Position numbers and translations under genes: made by a program | NCBI GenBank assembly: GCA_019057795.1 | Contig: JAHLWS010000060.1 | Location: forward strand, 15,432 to 79,431 | Reading direction: 5' to 3' | DNA from: Promethearchaeota archaeon | Lineage (GTDB): Archaea; Asgardarchaeota; Lokiarchaeia; Sigyniarchaeales; SOKP01 | DNA length: 64,000 bases | The notes under the pieces: model-generated | Seen by the model: the letters and a program-made list of their open reading frames with translations, nothing else | The model's database searches: none | Told to the model about the DNA's origin: nothing | Shown here: positions 30,814-39,747 of the stretch, in pieces | Position numbering within the stretch: position 1 is the first letter of the stretch | How the letters are laid out: the number at the start of each line of letters is the position of its first letter

Positions 30814-30916
30814 GAGATTTATTATTTTTGTAAATTGAAAGAATTACCTTTTTTTCTTTAGTATTTTAAATAAAAATAAGCCTATTTATTGTAAAAAGAA
30901 GTTCTACGAAATCAGA

Positions 30917-31201
30917 ATGAAAACATTTGAAGAATTAACCGATTTAGAGAGATCTATTTTACTAATTTGGGGAAAGGAATTAAATTTTAGTACAACAACC
31001 CATCGTCAAATAGAAAAGATAAACAAAAGAATAGATGCTATTCTGCCTGAAATTATCCATAAAGATAAAAAAAGAATAAATAAAACACTAATAAATAGTG
31101 GATTTATTGTCAAGCATCCTACAGGAAGGAGTAAAACATATCAATTAAGTCCTTACGGGTTAAGATGTTGTAATATTGTAAAGCGTGAAAATGATATTTA
31201 A
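30917..31201 (+). CDS. Small winged-helix-like hypothetical protein
   Basis: LINSGFIVKH...TYQLSPYG wing pattern. Confidence 0.6.
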   Translation: MKTFEELTDLERSILLIWGKELNFSTTTHRQIEKINKRIDAILPEIIHKDKKRINKTLINSGFIVKHPTGRSKTYQLSPYGLRCCNIVKRENDI

Positions 31202-31376
31202 TGAGGAGATTAATATTTTAAATACGAATAACACCATACAAAATATTTTTTATCGGATAACATTTAAATATAAATTTTATTATATTTATAGATTGAGAAT
31301 CAAATATATATATATTATAAATATCAGAAATTATTTGAAATGTTCATTTAATTTAGGTTTGGAGGAAAATTAAAAA

Positions 31377-31658
31377 ATGGATATGCTAAAATTAGCAAAT
31401 CAAGTGAGGAGGAAAAAGGCTCAAGATAATAAATGGTTTCTATATGAGTTTATCGATAAAACACCTGGTTTAACAGTTTACGAGATGAGCAAAAAACTCA
31501 ACTGGACTATTGGAAAATTAAATTATTACGTACAGAAACTAGTAAAAGATGGAATGATTTATAACTCTGATGAAGTGGTTAATGGTAGAAATCAGAAAAG
31601 ATACACTGGAAAAACTGTGAAAGAATTTATTAACTGGGATGAATTTAACAAAAAATAA
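31377..31658 (+). CDS. Winged helix-turn-helix DNA-binding protein
   Basis: PGLTVYEMSKKLNWTIGKLNYYVQKLVKDGMI; GGAGG upstream. Confidence 0.8.
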   Translation: MDMLKLANQVRRKKAQDNKWFLYEFIDKTPGLTVYEMSKKLNWTIGKLNYYVQKLVKDGMIYNSDEVVNGRNQKRYTGKTVKEFINWDEFNKK

Positions 31659-31677
31659 ACTTTTATTACTTTAAATT

Positions 31678-33201
31678 TTAAGAGATATACCTTATTAGTA
31701 AATCTTGTGTACGGTCAAGAAAATCTTGAATGTTTTGGTTAATTTTCTCTTTTGTGCTCTCGTTGTCTAATAAGAAAAGAATGAACATATCGTAATGTAA
31801 AACCTTAATTTTCTTAAACAAAATAACTGAGTTTGAAACTTTAAATACCACTTCGCCCTTCTCTGCAGCTTTATATTTTGAAAATATTTTAAACAACATG
31901 GCAAATTGTGGAGCTACAACCTCAAATATGTTTAATAAATCCTCAGATTTTTGCATTTTTGTGATTTTCATTGCCTCAGGAGTATAAAATTCAGCCAATA
32001 CTAATCCATCGTTGCTTAACAAGAGCGCCAAACACGCGTTAGTTTTTGACGAAAATATATGAAGGTTATGTTCGATCAAGTCTCTGTTTGGACTTAATTT
32101 GGCTATACCTGAAGAAAAAGCTCTTAAAATAGTAAAGATTTGAAATACACTTGTTATGTAAATTTCAGGACTTTTGTCTAAAGAGATTTTAGCTAACTTA
32201 TTTTTTATTACTTTTAAATAATTTTTAATTTCTTTAGAATCAATTATGTCGGGGTCTCCTTTCGATAAAATGTAGATAATTGGAGTTGCCTGTTCTAGTT
32301 GAGCTAATGCTTTTTTTATATTTTTAAGATATTCAAAACTTTCTTCAAATCGGGCTTTATTTTTTATATCAATGAAATAGAAAAGCAAATCTGCTTCGAA
32401 TAAATAGATCTGGGCTTTATTAAGATATTTTTCGTGGTATGCTTTTTGACCACCTAAGTCCCACAGAAAAATTGTAGCCCCTAGTGCTTCTATTGAACTT
32501 ACATCTGCCCCCCTCGTAGGTTTTAATCCAATCAATTTTGAAAATTTTCTATCTATTGAAAGCAAAAAGCTCGTCTTCCCACTATCGTCAAGGCCCGCGA
32601 ATAAAATTTTCATTTTTCTTTGCGATGTAATAGGCGTTACTGGAGTTTTTTCAATTGTGATTATTTTTTTTAAAAGGCTCTTAAAATAACGTTTTACTTG
32701 CTCTTGTGGTTGGAACTCTTCAGCAATTATTTTATCAAACTGGTTAAAGAAATCGATAACAATATTTTTTAATCGATTGATGTTGTTATACAAGAATCCT
32801 CTTTGATTCTCGTCTACTAATATGCAGAAAGCAGTTGCCAAAGGAGCTTCATCAAATTTTACTTCAACAAAATGAAAAAATGTAAGTGCTGTTAAATGAA
32901 AATCTGGAAATGGGATAACTCCAAAGTATTGGTATTGCTTTAGCAAAGCGGAGTCTTTATTAAATAACGTCCCGTCCCCGAGGAGAAGGCTTAAGGTTTT
33001 AATTGAGATTTGCGTATAATCTCTTAAAGACATTTTAAGCCCTTTTCCAACTAATTTTTCTTTATTTTCAACTCCCAAAGCTTTCTCCTTAATTGGTTTA
33101 GGGAACATATAAATTGGTTGAGGACCTAATTTGTCGTAGGCGCAAAACACTAGTCCTTTGACCAAAGAAAACTCAATTAAATCATCCATTACATAGAACA
33201 T
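31678..33201 (-). CDS. Longin/uDENN-like + Rag/Arf-like GTPase + Roadblock-like fusion protein
   Basis: N-terminal FCAYDKLGPQP; GLDDSGKT, PTRG, WDLGGQ, SKGD, TSVF; C-terminal ALLLSNDGLVLA; paralog of 45335..46747. Confidence 0.85.
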   Translation of the reverse strand: MFYVMDDLIEFSLVKGLVFCAYDKLGPQPIYMFPKPIKEKALGVENKEKLVGKGLKMSLRDYTQISIKTLSLLLGDGTLFNKDSALLKQYQYFGVIPFPDFHLTALTFFHFVEVKFDEAPLATAFCILVDENQRGFLYNNINRLKNIVIDFFNQFDKIIAEEFQPQEQVKRYFKSLLKKIITIEKTPVTPITSQRKMKILFAGLDDSGKTSFLLSIDRKFSKLIGLKPTRGADVSSIEALGATIFLWDLGGQKAYHEKYLNKAQIYLFEADLLFYFIDIKNKARFEESFEYLKNIKKALAQLEQATPIIYILSKGDPDIIDSKEIKNYLKVIKNKLAKISLDKSPEIYITSVFQIFTILRAFSSGIAKLSPNRDLIEHNLHIFSSKTNACLALLLSNDGLVLAEFYTPEAMKITKMQKSEDLLNIFEVVAPQFAMLFKIFSKYKAAEKGEVVFKVSNSVILFKKIKVLHYDMFILFLLDNESTKEKINQNIQDFLDRTQDLLIRYIS

Positions 33202-33278
33202 TCTGGAATATTATTTTTTAATAATAAAGGTAGGAAAGTTAATTATTTAATAATAATAGATTTTTTACTAGAACACTA

Positions 33279-34226
33279 ATGTTAAAAAAAATTGCTGAAT
33301 GTATTAAGAATAATAGCAACATAATTGAAAAAAAAAGCATTGATCCAGTAGTTCAATTCATAAATTTAAATTCTTTTAAAAGTTCTCGTATTTTTTCAGA
33401 CATAGGGGAAGATTCTGCCGCAATTAAGAACGATAATGGGTTGTACACATTAGTAACAACGGATCGGATTAAAACTACTTTTATAGAGAAGTTTCCATTT
33501 GGCGCTGGCTTTAGTTCCATCTTGGTTGGAGTAGATGATATTTATGCGTGTGGAGGGACGCCATTAGCGGCAAGCTTGATAATCTCCTTTAAAGAACAAA
33601 AGATTGGGCAAAAAATTATTGAAGGTGTGTGCGCTGGCTCGAAAAAATTTAATGTTCCTATAATTCGGGGTCACACGAATATGAAAAAGCATTACGAACT
33701 AAGTACAGCATTAATTGGTGAAATCAAAAAAGAAGATTATATATCTGCAAAAAATGCACAACCAAACGATAATGTCATTTTAGCTGTAGACTTTGAAGGT
33801 CGAATCGGGAGAGCAAGCAATTTACATTGGGATACAACTACGTTTAAGGATTCTGAAATAGTTTTGAATAAAAGAAAATCTATGAATGTTATTGGTCAAG
33901 AACATCTTGCCAATTCGTCAAAGGATATATCTAACGGAGGCGTGTTTGGAACTATTTTACAACTAATTCAATATTCTGAAGTTGGCGCGGAAATAAATAT
34001 TGAAAAGATTGTTATTCCTCCAAAATTAATAGAGAAGGGGTATGATTTGGAGACTTACATTAAAATGTTTTTAACCACTTCATATATTTTAACCGCTCCT
34101 GATGAAAAGTCTCAACAAATAATCAAAATTTTTAAAGACCATAATGTGTCCGCAAATTTGATTGGAAAAATTACTAAAAAAGCGGGATTAAAAATAAATA
34201 ATGGTAAAGAATCTTTAGATGTTTAA
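33279..34226 (+). CDS. AIR synthase-related (PurM/ThiL-like) ATP-binding protein
   Basis: GEDSAAI, DDIYACGGTP, GHT, KDISNGG. Confidence 0.85.
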   Translation: MLKKIAECIKNNSNIIEKKSIDPVVQFINLNSFKSSRIFSDIGEDSAAIKNDNGLYTLVTTDRIKTTFIEKFPFGAGFSSILVGVDDIYACGGTPLAASLIISFKEQKIGQKIIEGVCAGSKKFNVPIIRGHTNMKKHYELSTALIGEIKKEDYISAKNAQPNDNVILAVDFEGRIGRASNLHWDTTTFKDSEIVLNKRKSMNVIGQEHLANSSKDISNGGVFGTILQLIQYSEVGAEINIEKIVIPPKLIEKGYDLETYIKMFLTTSYILTAPDEKSQQIIKIFKDHNVSANLIGKITKKAGLKINNGKESLDV

Positions 34227-34299
34227 TCTAATCGATAAGAAGTAAGCTACGAGAAGCGCTATATATCCCACATTAAACGATAATTCTCGTTATTAACCT

Positions 34300-34497
34300 T
34301 TATTTAAGATTTGACAGGCTAAAAATCTGTTTCGGAATAAAGGTATTACATCTCGGACATTGATAAATCTCTTTTATATCTTTAGGTATATGAGGAACTT
34401 GTTCCATGATATGTCCACAAGTGGGACAGTAAATTGAAGAATTCTTTCGATGTGGGGCTATAAAAATACTTGGTTTTAATCTATGTTTTGTTTCCAT
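34300..34497 (-). CDS. Small zinc-ribbon protein
   Basis: CPTCG...YQCPRC. Confidence 0.6.
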   Translation of the reverse strand: METKHRLKPSIFIAPHRKNSSIYCPTCGHIMEQVPHIPKDIKEIYQCPRCNTFIPKQIFSLSNLK

Positions 34498-34691
34498 ATA
34501 ATATTATTATGATTTCGAACATTTAAGTTTTTACTTTCGATCATCAAGTGATCATTATGCAAAGTCTGATGATCAATAAGCTCATTTTGAAAATAAATAA
34601 TTTATTGGATACTTATCTTTCTAAAAAAATAAAAAAATAAAAATAGTCGAGCAATATAAGGAATTATAAAAAAAAAATATATTGAAATACA

Positions 34692-35252
34692 ATGAGTTTT
34701 AACTTCAAAAATAGAATTAAGGCAACTGTTTCTGTAATTGGTACTAGCCAAATCGATTCAAAAACGGAGGAATTAGCTATTGAATTAGGAAGATTGCTCG
34801 CTATAAACAATTTTGCTGTTGCGTGCGGAGGGCTATCTGGAGTTATGGAAGCTGTTTGCAAAGGAGCGAAACAAGAAGGGGGCTTCACGATAGGAATAAT
34901 TCCTTTTAAAGATAAACATTTAGCAAATAAATATGTTGATGTTGTTATTCCAGTTCCGTTTTCTCAAGCGCGAAATATAGTTGTGGTGCTTAGTGGCGAC
35001 GCAGTAGTCGCGATAGGTGGGAAAGCTGGCACCTTATCAGAAATATGTTTCGCTTGGATATACGAGAAACCAATCGTCGCGCTAACTGGCGTAGTAGAAG
35101 GTTGGTCCTCTAAAATGGCAGGTAAAAAAATCGACGATAGAAGAAGTGATACGATATACGGAGCAAAAACAGCTCAAGAAGCGGTTGAGAAATTAAACCA
35201 ACTTTTTGAAAATGGGCCTAATACTAAGTACGGCATGCCAAATGAGTTTTAA
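34692..35252 (+). CDS. LOG/TIGR00725-like nucleotide-binding protein
   Basis: CGGLSGVMEAVCKGAK, IGIIP, ARN, GGKAGTLSE. Confidence 0.9.
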   Translation: MSFNFKNRIKATVSVIGTSQIDSKTEELAIELGRLLAINNFAVACGGLSGVMEAVCKGAKQEGGFTIGIIPFKDKHLANKYVDVVIPVPFSQARNIVVVLSGDAVVAIGGKAGTLSEICFAWIYEKPIVALTGVVEGWSSKMAGKKIDDRRSDTIYGAKTAQEAVEKLNQLFENGPNTKYGMPNEF

Positions 35253-35297
35253 AAAAGTTAAGCTCGTGAATAAAATATTTGATAAGATATTTTTGAT

Positions 35298-35564
35298 GTG
35301 TTAAGAATGGTAAAAATTAGTGGAGGAGATGGTTTTTCTTTTAAAGAAGCTATAAAAATCTCAGATTGCAGTAATATCGAAGGCGTGGAACAGGAATACA
35401 TTGAAGTTCGAAAAAGGTTCGGTAATTATCAATTAATTAGGCAGAGTTTACAAGACAAAAGTGGAAGAATGTACGATGTATTGGAATTGAAATTGGAAGA
35501 TGGTCGCGAAATTACTTTCTATTTCGATATTACAGACTTTTTCGGAAAGGGGTTTGAATTTTAA
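35298..35564 (+). CDS. Hypothetical protein (start possibly ATG 35307)
   Basis: Protein-like ORF: SGGDG.S...AI, GVEQEY, YFDITDFFG. Confidence 0.7.
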   Translation: MLRMVKISGGDGFSFKEAIKISDCSNIEGVEQEYIEVRKRFGNYQLIRQSLQDKSGRMYDVLELKLEDGREITFYFDITDFFGKGFEF

Positions 35565-35650
35565 TATAAAGCAAAAAAATTATTACCATATTTTTAGAAT
35601 ATCCCTTATTAGTCATAATCTTTATATGATTCATAAATTAAATATTAAGT

Positions 35651-36475
35651 ATGAGATCAAATCAGATTATGAAGAAATATTCCCTAACGTTCTTTTTCAT
35701 AATATCCTACTTAATAATGATTATTCCTGTTATTATTAGAGTGTTCGCTCCTCAAGTTATACCGATAGCACTTTTCTGGATTTTGACTATTTGGAGTCCT
35801 ACATTTTCTGCTATTATCGTGTCCGGATTAATCGGTGGTTGGGCAGAGATCAAAAAGCTATTTGGAGGTTTTTTAAGATGGAAAGTAGGAATTAAATGGT
35901 ATATTGCTGGTTTTTTTCTTATGGTTGGTCCGCTGATTTTTAGTGGATTTTATATTCTATTTGGAGGTTCAGTGCCAGGACCAGTTCCAGGATTAACAAT
36001 ACCAATAATTCTTTCTAATTTGCTTTTCACTTTGGTTTCGGGCCCCTTAAGTGAAGAGGCAGGTTGGCGTGGATTTGCTTTACCAAAACTTCAATCAAAA
36101 TTTAATGCAGTTTCCTCAAGCTTAATTCTAGGAGTTATATGGGCATGTTGGCACATTCCACTATACTTTATCGAAGATCGGATCCCATTCTACATTTTTA
36201 TATTCCTTGTGTTAGTCATTTCGTTTTTAATGACTTGGGGGTATAACAATACGAAAGGGAGTCTAATAATCACGATTATCTTCCACTTTAGCTTTAATTT
36301 TAACGGAGCATTTATTACAGGATTATTTGGATTATTGCCTACGATGATATTCTATATAGGTGGAGGTGTTATGATCGGAATATATTTAATAGCGGTTGTA
36401 GTTTATGCTGGTCCCGAAAAACTTTCCCGCAAACCGGATTCAGAAATGCCTTATATCAAATTTAAAGAGGAATAA
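35651..36475 (+). CDS. CPBP family intramembrane metalloprotease (CAAX protease/Abi)
   Basis: EEAGWRG, WACWH, FHFSFN motifs; multiple TM segments. Confidence 0.92.
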   Translation: MRSNQIMKKYSLTFFFIISYLIMIIPVIIRVFAPQVIPIALFWILTIWSPTFSAIIVSGLIGGWAEIKKLFGGFLRWKVGIKWYIAGFFLMVGPLIFSGFYILFGGSVPGPVPGLTIPIILSNLLFTLVSGPLSEEAGWRGFALPKLQSKFNAVSSSLILGVIWACWHIPLYFIEDRIPFYIFIFLVLVISFLMTWGYNNTKGSLIITIIFHFSFNFNGAFITGLFGLLPTMIFYIGGGVMIGIYLIAVVVYAGPEKLSRKPDSEMPYIKFKEE

Positions 36476-36670
36476 AGTATAAACTAGTTTCAAAGCTTAT
36501 GAACCCTCAATTCCTCTACTATAACCGGTTTAGTTTAATGAAATAAATAGTTGAAATTTAGCAACATAATCGAAATATCGCTTTTCATTTTTAAAAAATG
36601 CTAAAGATTTTAATATTTAAGTTAAGGATAATTTTATAAGAATGTTTGATATCTTATAGAATATAAGAAT

Positions 36671-37660
36671 ATGGTTGTGAGATTTCAATTGACAATTCAA
36701 TATTTATCAAAAGATAAAAAAGTTAAAAAGGAAGCTATAGCGTCACCTAGTAAAATTTTATTTACGGGTCTCGATAACGCAGGCAAAACAACAATTATTT
36801 ATGCAATACAGAGGGAATTTTCGAAAATCGCGTTTCTAAAGCCAACAAGAGGTGCCCAAAGAAGGATTTTTGAATTTCTAGGTCGAGAAATAGCTGAATG
36901 GGACCTTGGAGGTCAATTTAGCTATAGAATAGCTTATTTAAAGAATCCAGGAAAGTATTTCGATGACACTGAGATTGCAGTTTATGTAATAGATGTTCAA
37001 AATCACGCAAGAATGCCCGAGGCTATCAGTTATTTTAAAGACGTAGTAGAGCAATTTAAAAAGCTGGAAATAGAGCCGAGCATCTATGTGTTTTTCCATA
37101 AATACGATCCTGCGTTAAGACGAAACGCTTTAAACGAAATGAAGGCCCTTGAAATAGAATTAAAAGAAAAAATAAAAAGTGTGGTAGATTATAAGAAAAT
37201 CTTTTATTACAATACTTCAATCTACGATTTACCCACTATCATTAAAGCCATGTCTGAAATTCTTTTAAATATATACCCTAAATCGGAATTAATTGAAAAA
37301 ACAATCGTAGAATTTGGCAAAAAGACTTATTCTGAAGGTGTTGTTTTACTAGACGACAATAGTCTTATCGTAGGTAGTTATTACAAAGACGAGGAAACAA
37401 AGAATCTCCTCAGCGCTTCAACTCCCTATTTTTTAACCCTTAACGATAGCTTTGTTTTTACTAAAGCTCAACCAAGCCGCGAAGAAGAGGAAAATCACAT
37501 GATTGTGCAAAGATATGGAAAGAATTTCATCTTCAAGCAGCTTTCTTTAAAAGACGACTCTACTCCGTATTATTTACTTATGCTTAAACAAGATCCAAAT
37601 ATTAACAAAGAGGATTTTGATTGTTTTTCTAATTTATTAACAGAGATCCTATATAGTTAA
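36671..37660 (+). CDS. Rag/Gtr-like (Arf-related) small GTPase with C-terminal Roadblock-like domain
   Basis: GLDNAGKT, PTRG, WDLGGQ, HKYD, TSIYD (Rag-type G4/G5); C-terminal GVVLLDDNSLIVG. Confidence 0.85.
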   Translation: MVVRFQLTIQYLSKDKKVKKEAIASPSKILFTGLDNAGKTTIIYAIQREFSKIAFLKPTRGAQRRIFEFLGREIAEWDLGGQFSYRIAYLKNPGKYFDDTEIAVYVIDVQNHARMPEAISYFKDVVEQFKKLEIEPSIYVFFHKYDPALRRNALNEMKALEIELKEKIKSVVDYKKIFYYNTSIYDLPTIIKAMSEILLNIYPKSELIEKTIVEFGKKTYSEGVVLLDDNSLIVGSYYKDEETKNLLSASTPYFLTLNDSFVFTKAQPSREEEENHMIVQRYGKNFIFKQLSLKDDSTPYYLLMLKQDPNINKEDFDCFSNLLTEILYS

Positions 37661-37790
37661 CTCCTTTTATTTTTAATTTGCTTTAGCTAACATTAATAAA
37701 ATTGAATTTTTATACTTATAATTAGATAAAAACTTTATATATATGCGATAAAATTTCTGATTTTAAAAACTGATAAAAGAGATAATCCCA

Positions 37791-38807
37791 ATGATCATTT
37801 GTTCTAATTGTGGTGCGACCAATAACGAGGAGAGCGGTCATATTTGTAGAAAATGCGGCGCTCTGCTCCCAACTTCCCACAGAACTCCAAGAATTAGACT
37901 TGCTCATAGTAAAAAGGATAAAAAAGAAGTAAAACCTCAGAAAAGAACTCCTGATGAGAAAAAAGTTTCTAAACCTAAACTAGATCATTTAGACTTACAA
38001 GAGATCCCAAAACCCGAAAAATTAAACGAAGTTGAGGATGTTCTTATTGAAACCCAAACCTCCTTCGAATACGAAGATGTCGAAGAGTTCGTAGAAAGCG
38101 AACTGGAAGATGATGAAGAAGATACAGACGCTTTAAAAGAAATTACGCCTCAACCTTATAAAGGATCAATTATTGCGGATAAAGGAGTTTTCGGACCATC
38201 CCGACAAGTTAGGAGACGTGCTGATACAAAATCACGGGTCGCTTCAAAAACAACCGTATCCCCATCTGAAAAGGAGTCTGTGCTTTTAAAGCAAAAGCAA
38301 CTAGAAGAAGATATGTCAAAGGTATTGTCATTTTTATCTAAAAAAATAACAGTTAAGCCGTTAGAATCTATAAAAAAACAAAAACAAGGTATTCAAGAGA
38401 AACCAGAAAAAAAAATACCTCCTTCCAGCATGAACGAAATTTTAAAGGATTTATTGAAGCTGGACCTACATATTGAAGCCTCCGCAATTATTAAAGGTGA
38501 TGGTACGATTCTCGCTTCAGCAATTTCATCAAGAATTTCAGAAACTTTATTTGCAACAATTGGTCAGAATTTATCCATGATTGGAGATGATATTATCAAG
38601 GGCTTAAGCGCTGGAACCTTGTTGAACATTTCCATAAGGGGAACTGATGGAGTTTTAGACCTCGCGCCCATTGGTTCAAAAAAATCATTTGGAGATGACA
38701 TGATTTTAATAATTCTTTCACATCCTCGCGTTAAATCAGGAATAATATATTTTGCTGTTAGTATCGTGAAAAAACAAGTAAAACAATATTTAGGATTATT
38801 AAAATAG
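37791..38807 (+). CDS. Zinc ribbon + disordered/acidic linker + Roadblock/LC7 domain protein
   Basis: CSNCG...CRKCG; C-terminal IEASAIIKGDGTILASA...GTLLNISIRGTDG, MglB/Roadblock pattern. Confidence 0.8.
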   Translation: MIICSNCGATNNEESGHICRKCGALLPTSHRTPRIRLAHSKKDKKEVKPQKRTPDEKKVSKPKLDHLDLQEIPKPEKLNEVEDVLIETQTSFEYEDVEEFVESELEDDEEDTDALKEITPQPYKGSIIADKGVFGPSRQVRRRADTKSRVASKTTVSPSEKESVLLKQKQLEEDMSKVLSFLSKKITVKPLESIKKQKQGIQEKPEKKIPPSSMNEILKDLLKLDLHIEASAIIKGDGTILASAISSRISETLFATIGQNLSMIGDDIIKGLSAGTLLNISIRGTDGVLDLAPIGSKKSFGDDMILIILSHPRVKSGIIYFAVSIVKKQVKQYLGLLK

Positions 38808-38830
38808 ATATACACTATCCTAATCTTATC

Positions 38831-39628
38831 TTATACTAACTGTTTTTGAACGATAACTCTATTAACTTCGATAGTTTTAAAATATTGTAAATTGATTCTT
38901 AATTCTTGCAAAAACGAATTAAAATTATCTATTCCTACTAATGGAACGTAATTTTCGTTAATTCTGATCCAATTTGATTCTAACGTAACCATAACGGGAA
39001 TTAAGATAAATGGTAACCTTTTTCGAAAGTTAAATTTCATTCCTAATAGGTTCTGTATTAATTTTGATAGAATTTCAGGATTCTTTTTCAAAGCTATTAC
39101 TCTTTGATATTGCAAATTTGCCGCTTTATTCATTGCACTGTAAGAATCTTTGCGTTTCCACTGCTTAGCATCTATTACCAATATATAACTTTGATAAATG
39201 CCAATTACATCGATCTCATATCTTTTTTGAGATGTTTCATATTTGAGCTCAGATTTATCTGAAAACCTAAAATTTTTGGTTGTTTTATAATTGTTTTGAG
39301 ATAAAATCTCTTTGATTAAAGCTTCAAAACCGTCGCTGTTTAATAGATATGACAATTGATTAATGTCTAACTCTAAAAAATGAAGGCATCTCGTAATAAA
39401 CACGATTTTATTTACTACTATGTAATGAACATAGTTTCCTTTCTGAATTGAGATAAAATCAAACTTATCTAAGAAATCGCGGAGTTCAAAATCGCTAAAA
39501 TTTTTGAAAAATTCAATTTCTGATATCTCAAACCATATTTCGGTTACAGCTGAATCCGTGTCTTTTAATAAGTTGTAAATCTCTAAGAAAAAACTCTTTA
39601 TCGACGGCGAAGAATAAACCCTAGACAT
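38831..39628 (-). CDS. PD-(D/E)xK restriction endonuclease-like (NERD/Mrr-like) protein
   Basis: FEALI...EIDVIG...VIDAKQW. Confidence 0.75.
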   Translation of the reverse strand: MSRVYSSPSIKSFFLEIYNLLKDTDSAVTEIWFEISEIEFFKNFSDFELRDFLDKFDFISIQKGNYVHYIVVNKIVFITRCLHFLELDINQLSYLLNSDGFEALIKEILSQNNYKTTKNFRFSDKSELKYETSQKRYEIDVIGIYQSYILVIDAKQWKRKDSYSAMNKAANLQYQRVIALKKNPEILSKLIQNLLGMKFNFRKRLPFILIPVMVTLESNWIRINENYVPLVGIDNFNSFLQELRINLQYFKTIEVNRVIVQKQLV

Positions 39629-39670
39629 AATGTAAGTTAAGTTGATGCTTTTAATAAAGAAAGGAGAGTA

Positions 39671-39683
39671 ATGATATAATGAT
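39671..39683 (+). repeat. 13-bp direct repeat ATGATATAATGAT, copy 1 (left boundary of surface-protein array)
   Basis: Identical copies at 42576 and 44248; similarity with the unit 2 flank begins here. Confidence 0.85.
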
Positions 39684-39747
39684 TAATAAAAAAGGTTAAG
39701 TACTAAGTATTTTAAAAAAATAAAACAAAAAGGGAAAAAAATAGAAT

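Noticed and set aside
31185-31373. 62-aa ORF between the wHTH genes
   Set aside because: Low-complexity I/N/Y/K translation of an AT-rich spacer
33279-34226. Selenophosphate synthetase SelD or a selenoprotein
   Set aside because: No N-terminal Cys/Sec-x-x-Lys motif and no in-frame TGA extension seen; fits a generic AIR-synthase-related protein
29902-34226. Methanogenesis inferred from the MtrH and marker-like AIR synthase proteins
   Set aside because: No mcr or other mtr subunits in the window; both families occur in non-methanogens
34539-34580. C/D box sRNA suggested by TGATGA and CTGA
   Set aside because: The boxes overlap or are in the wrong order and spacing for a C/D guide
35651-37660. 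CAAX protease beside a GTPase, plus the alpha-barrel-like 51239 protein, as a prenylation pathway
   Set aside because: None of the six GTPases ends in a CAAX/CC/CxC motif, CPBP proteases are widespread in prokaryotes, and no prenyltransferase Zn motifs were recognisable in 51239
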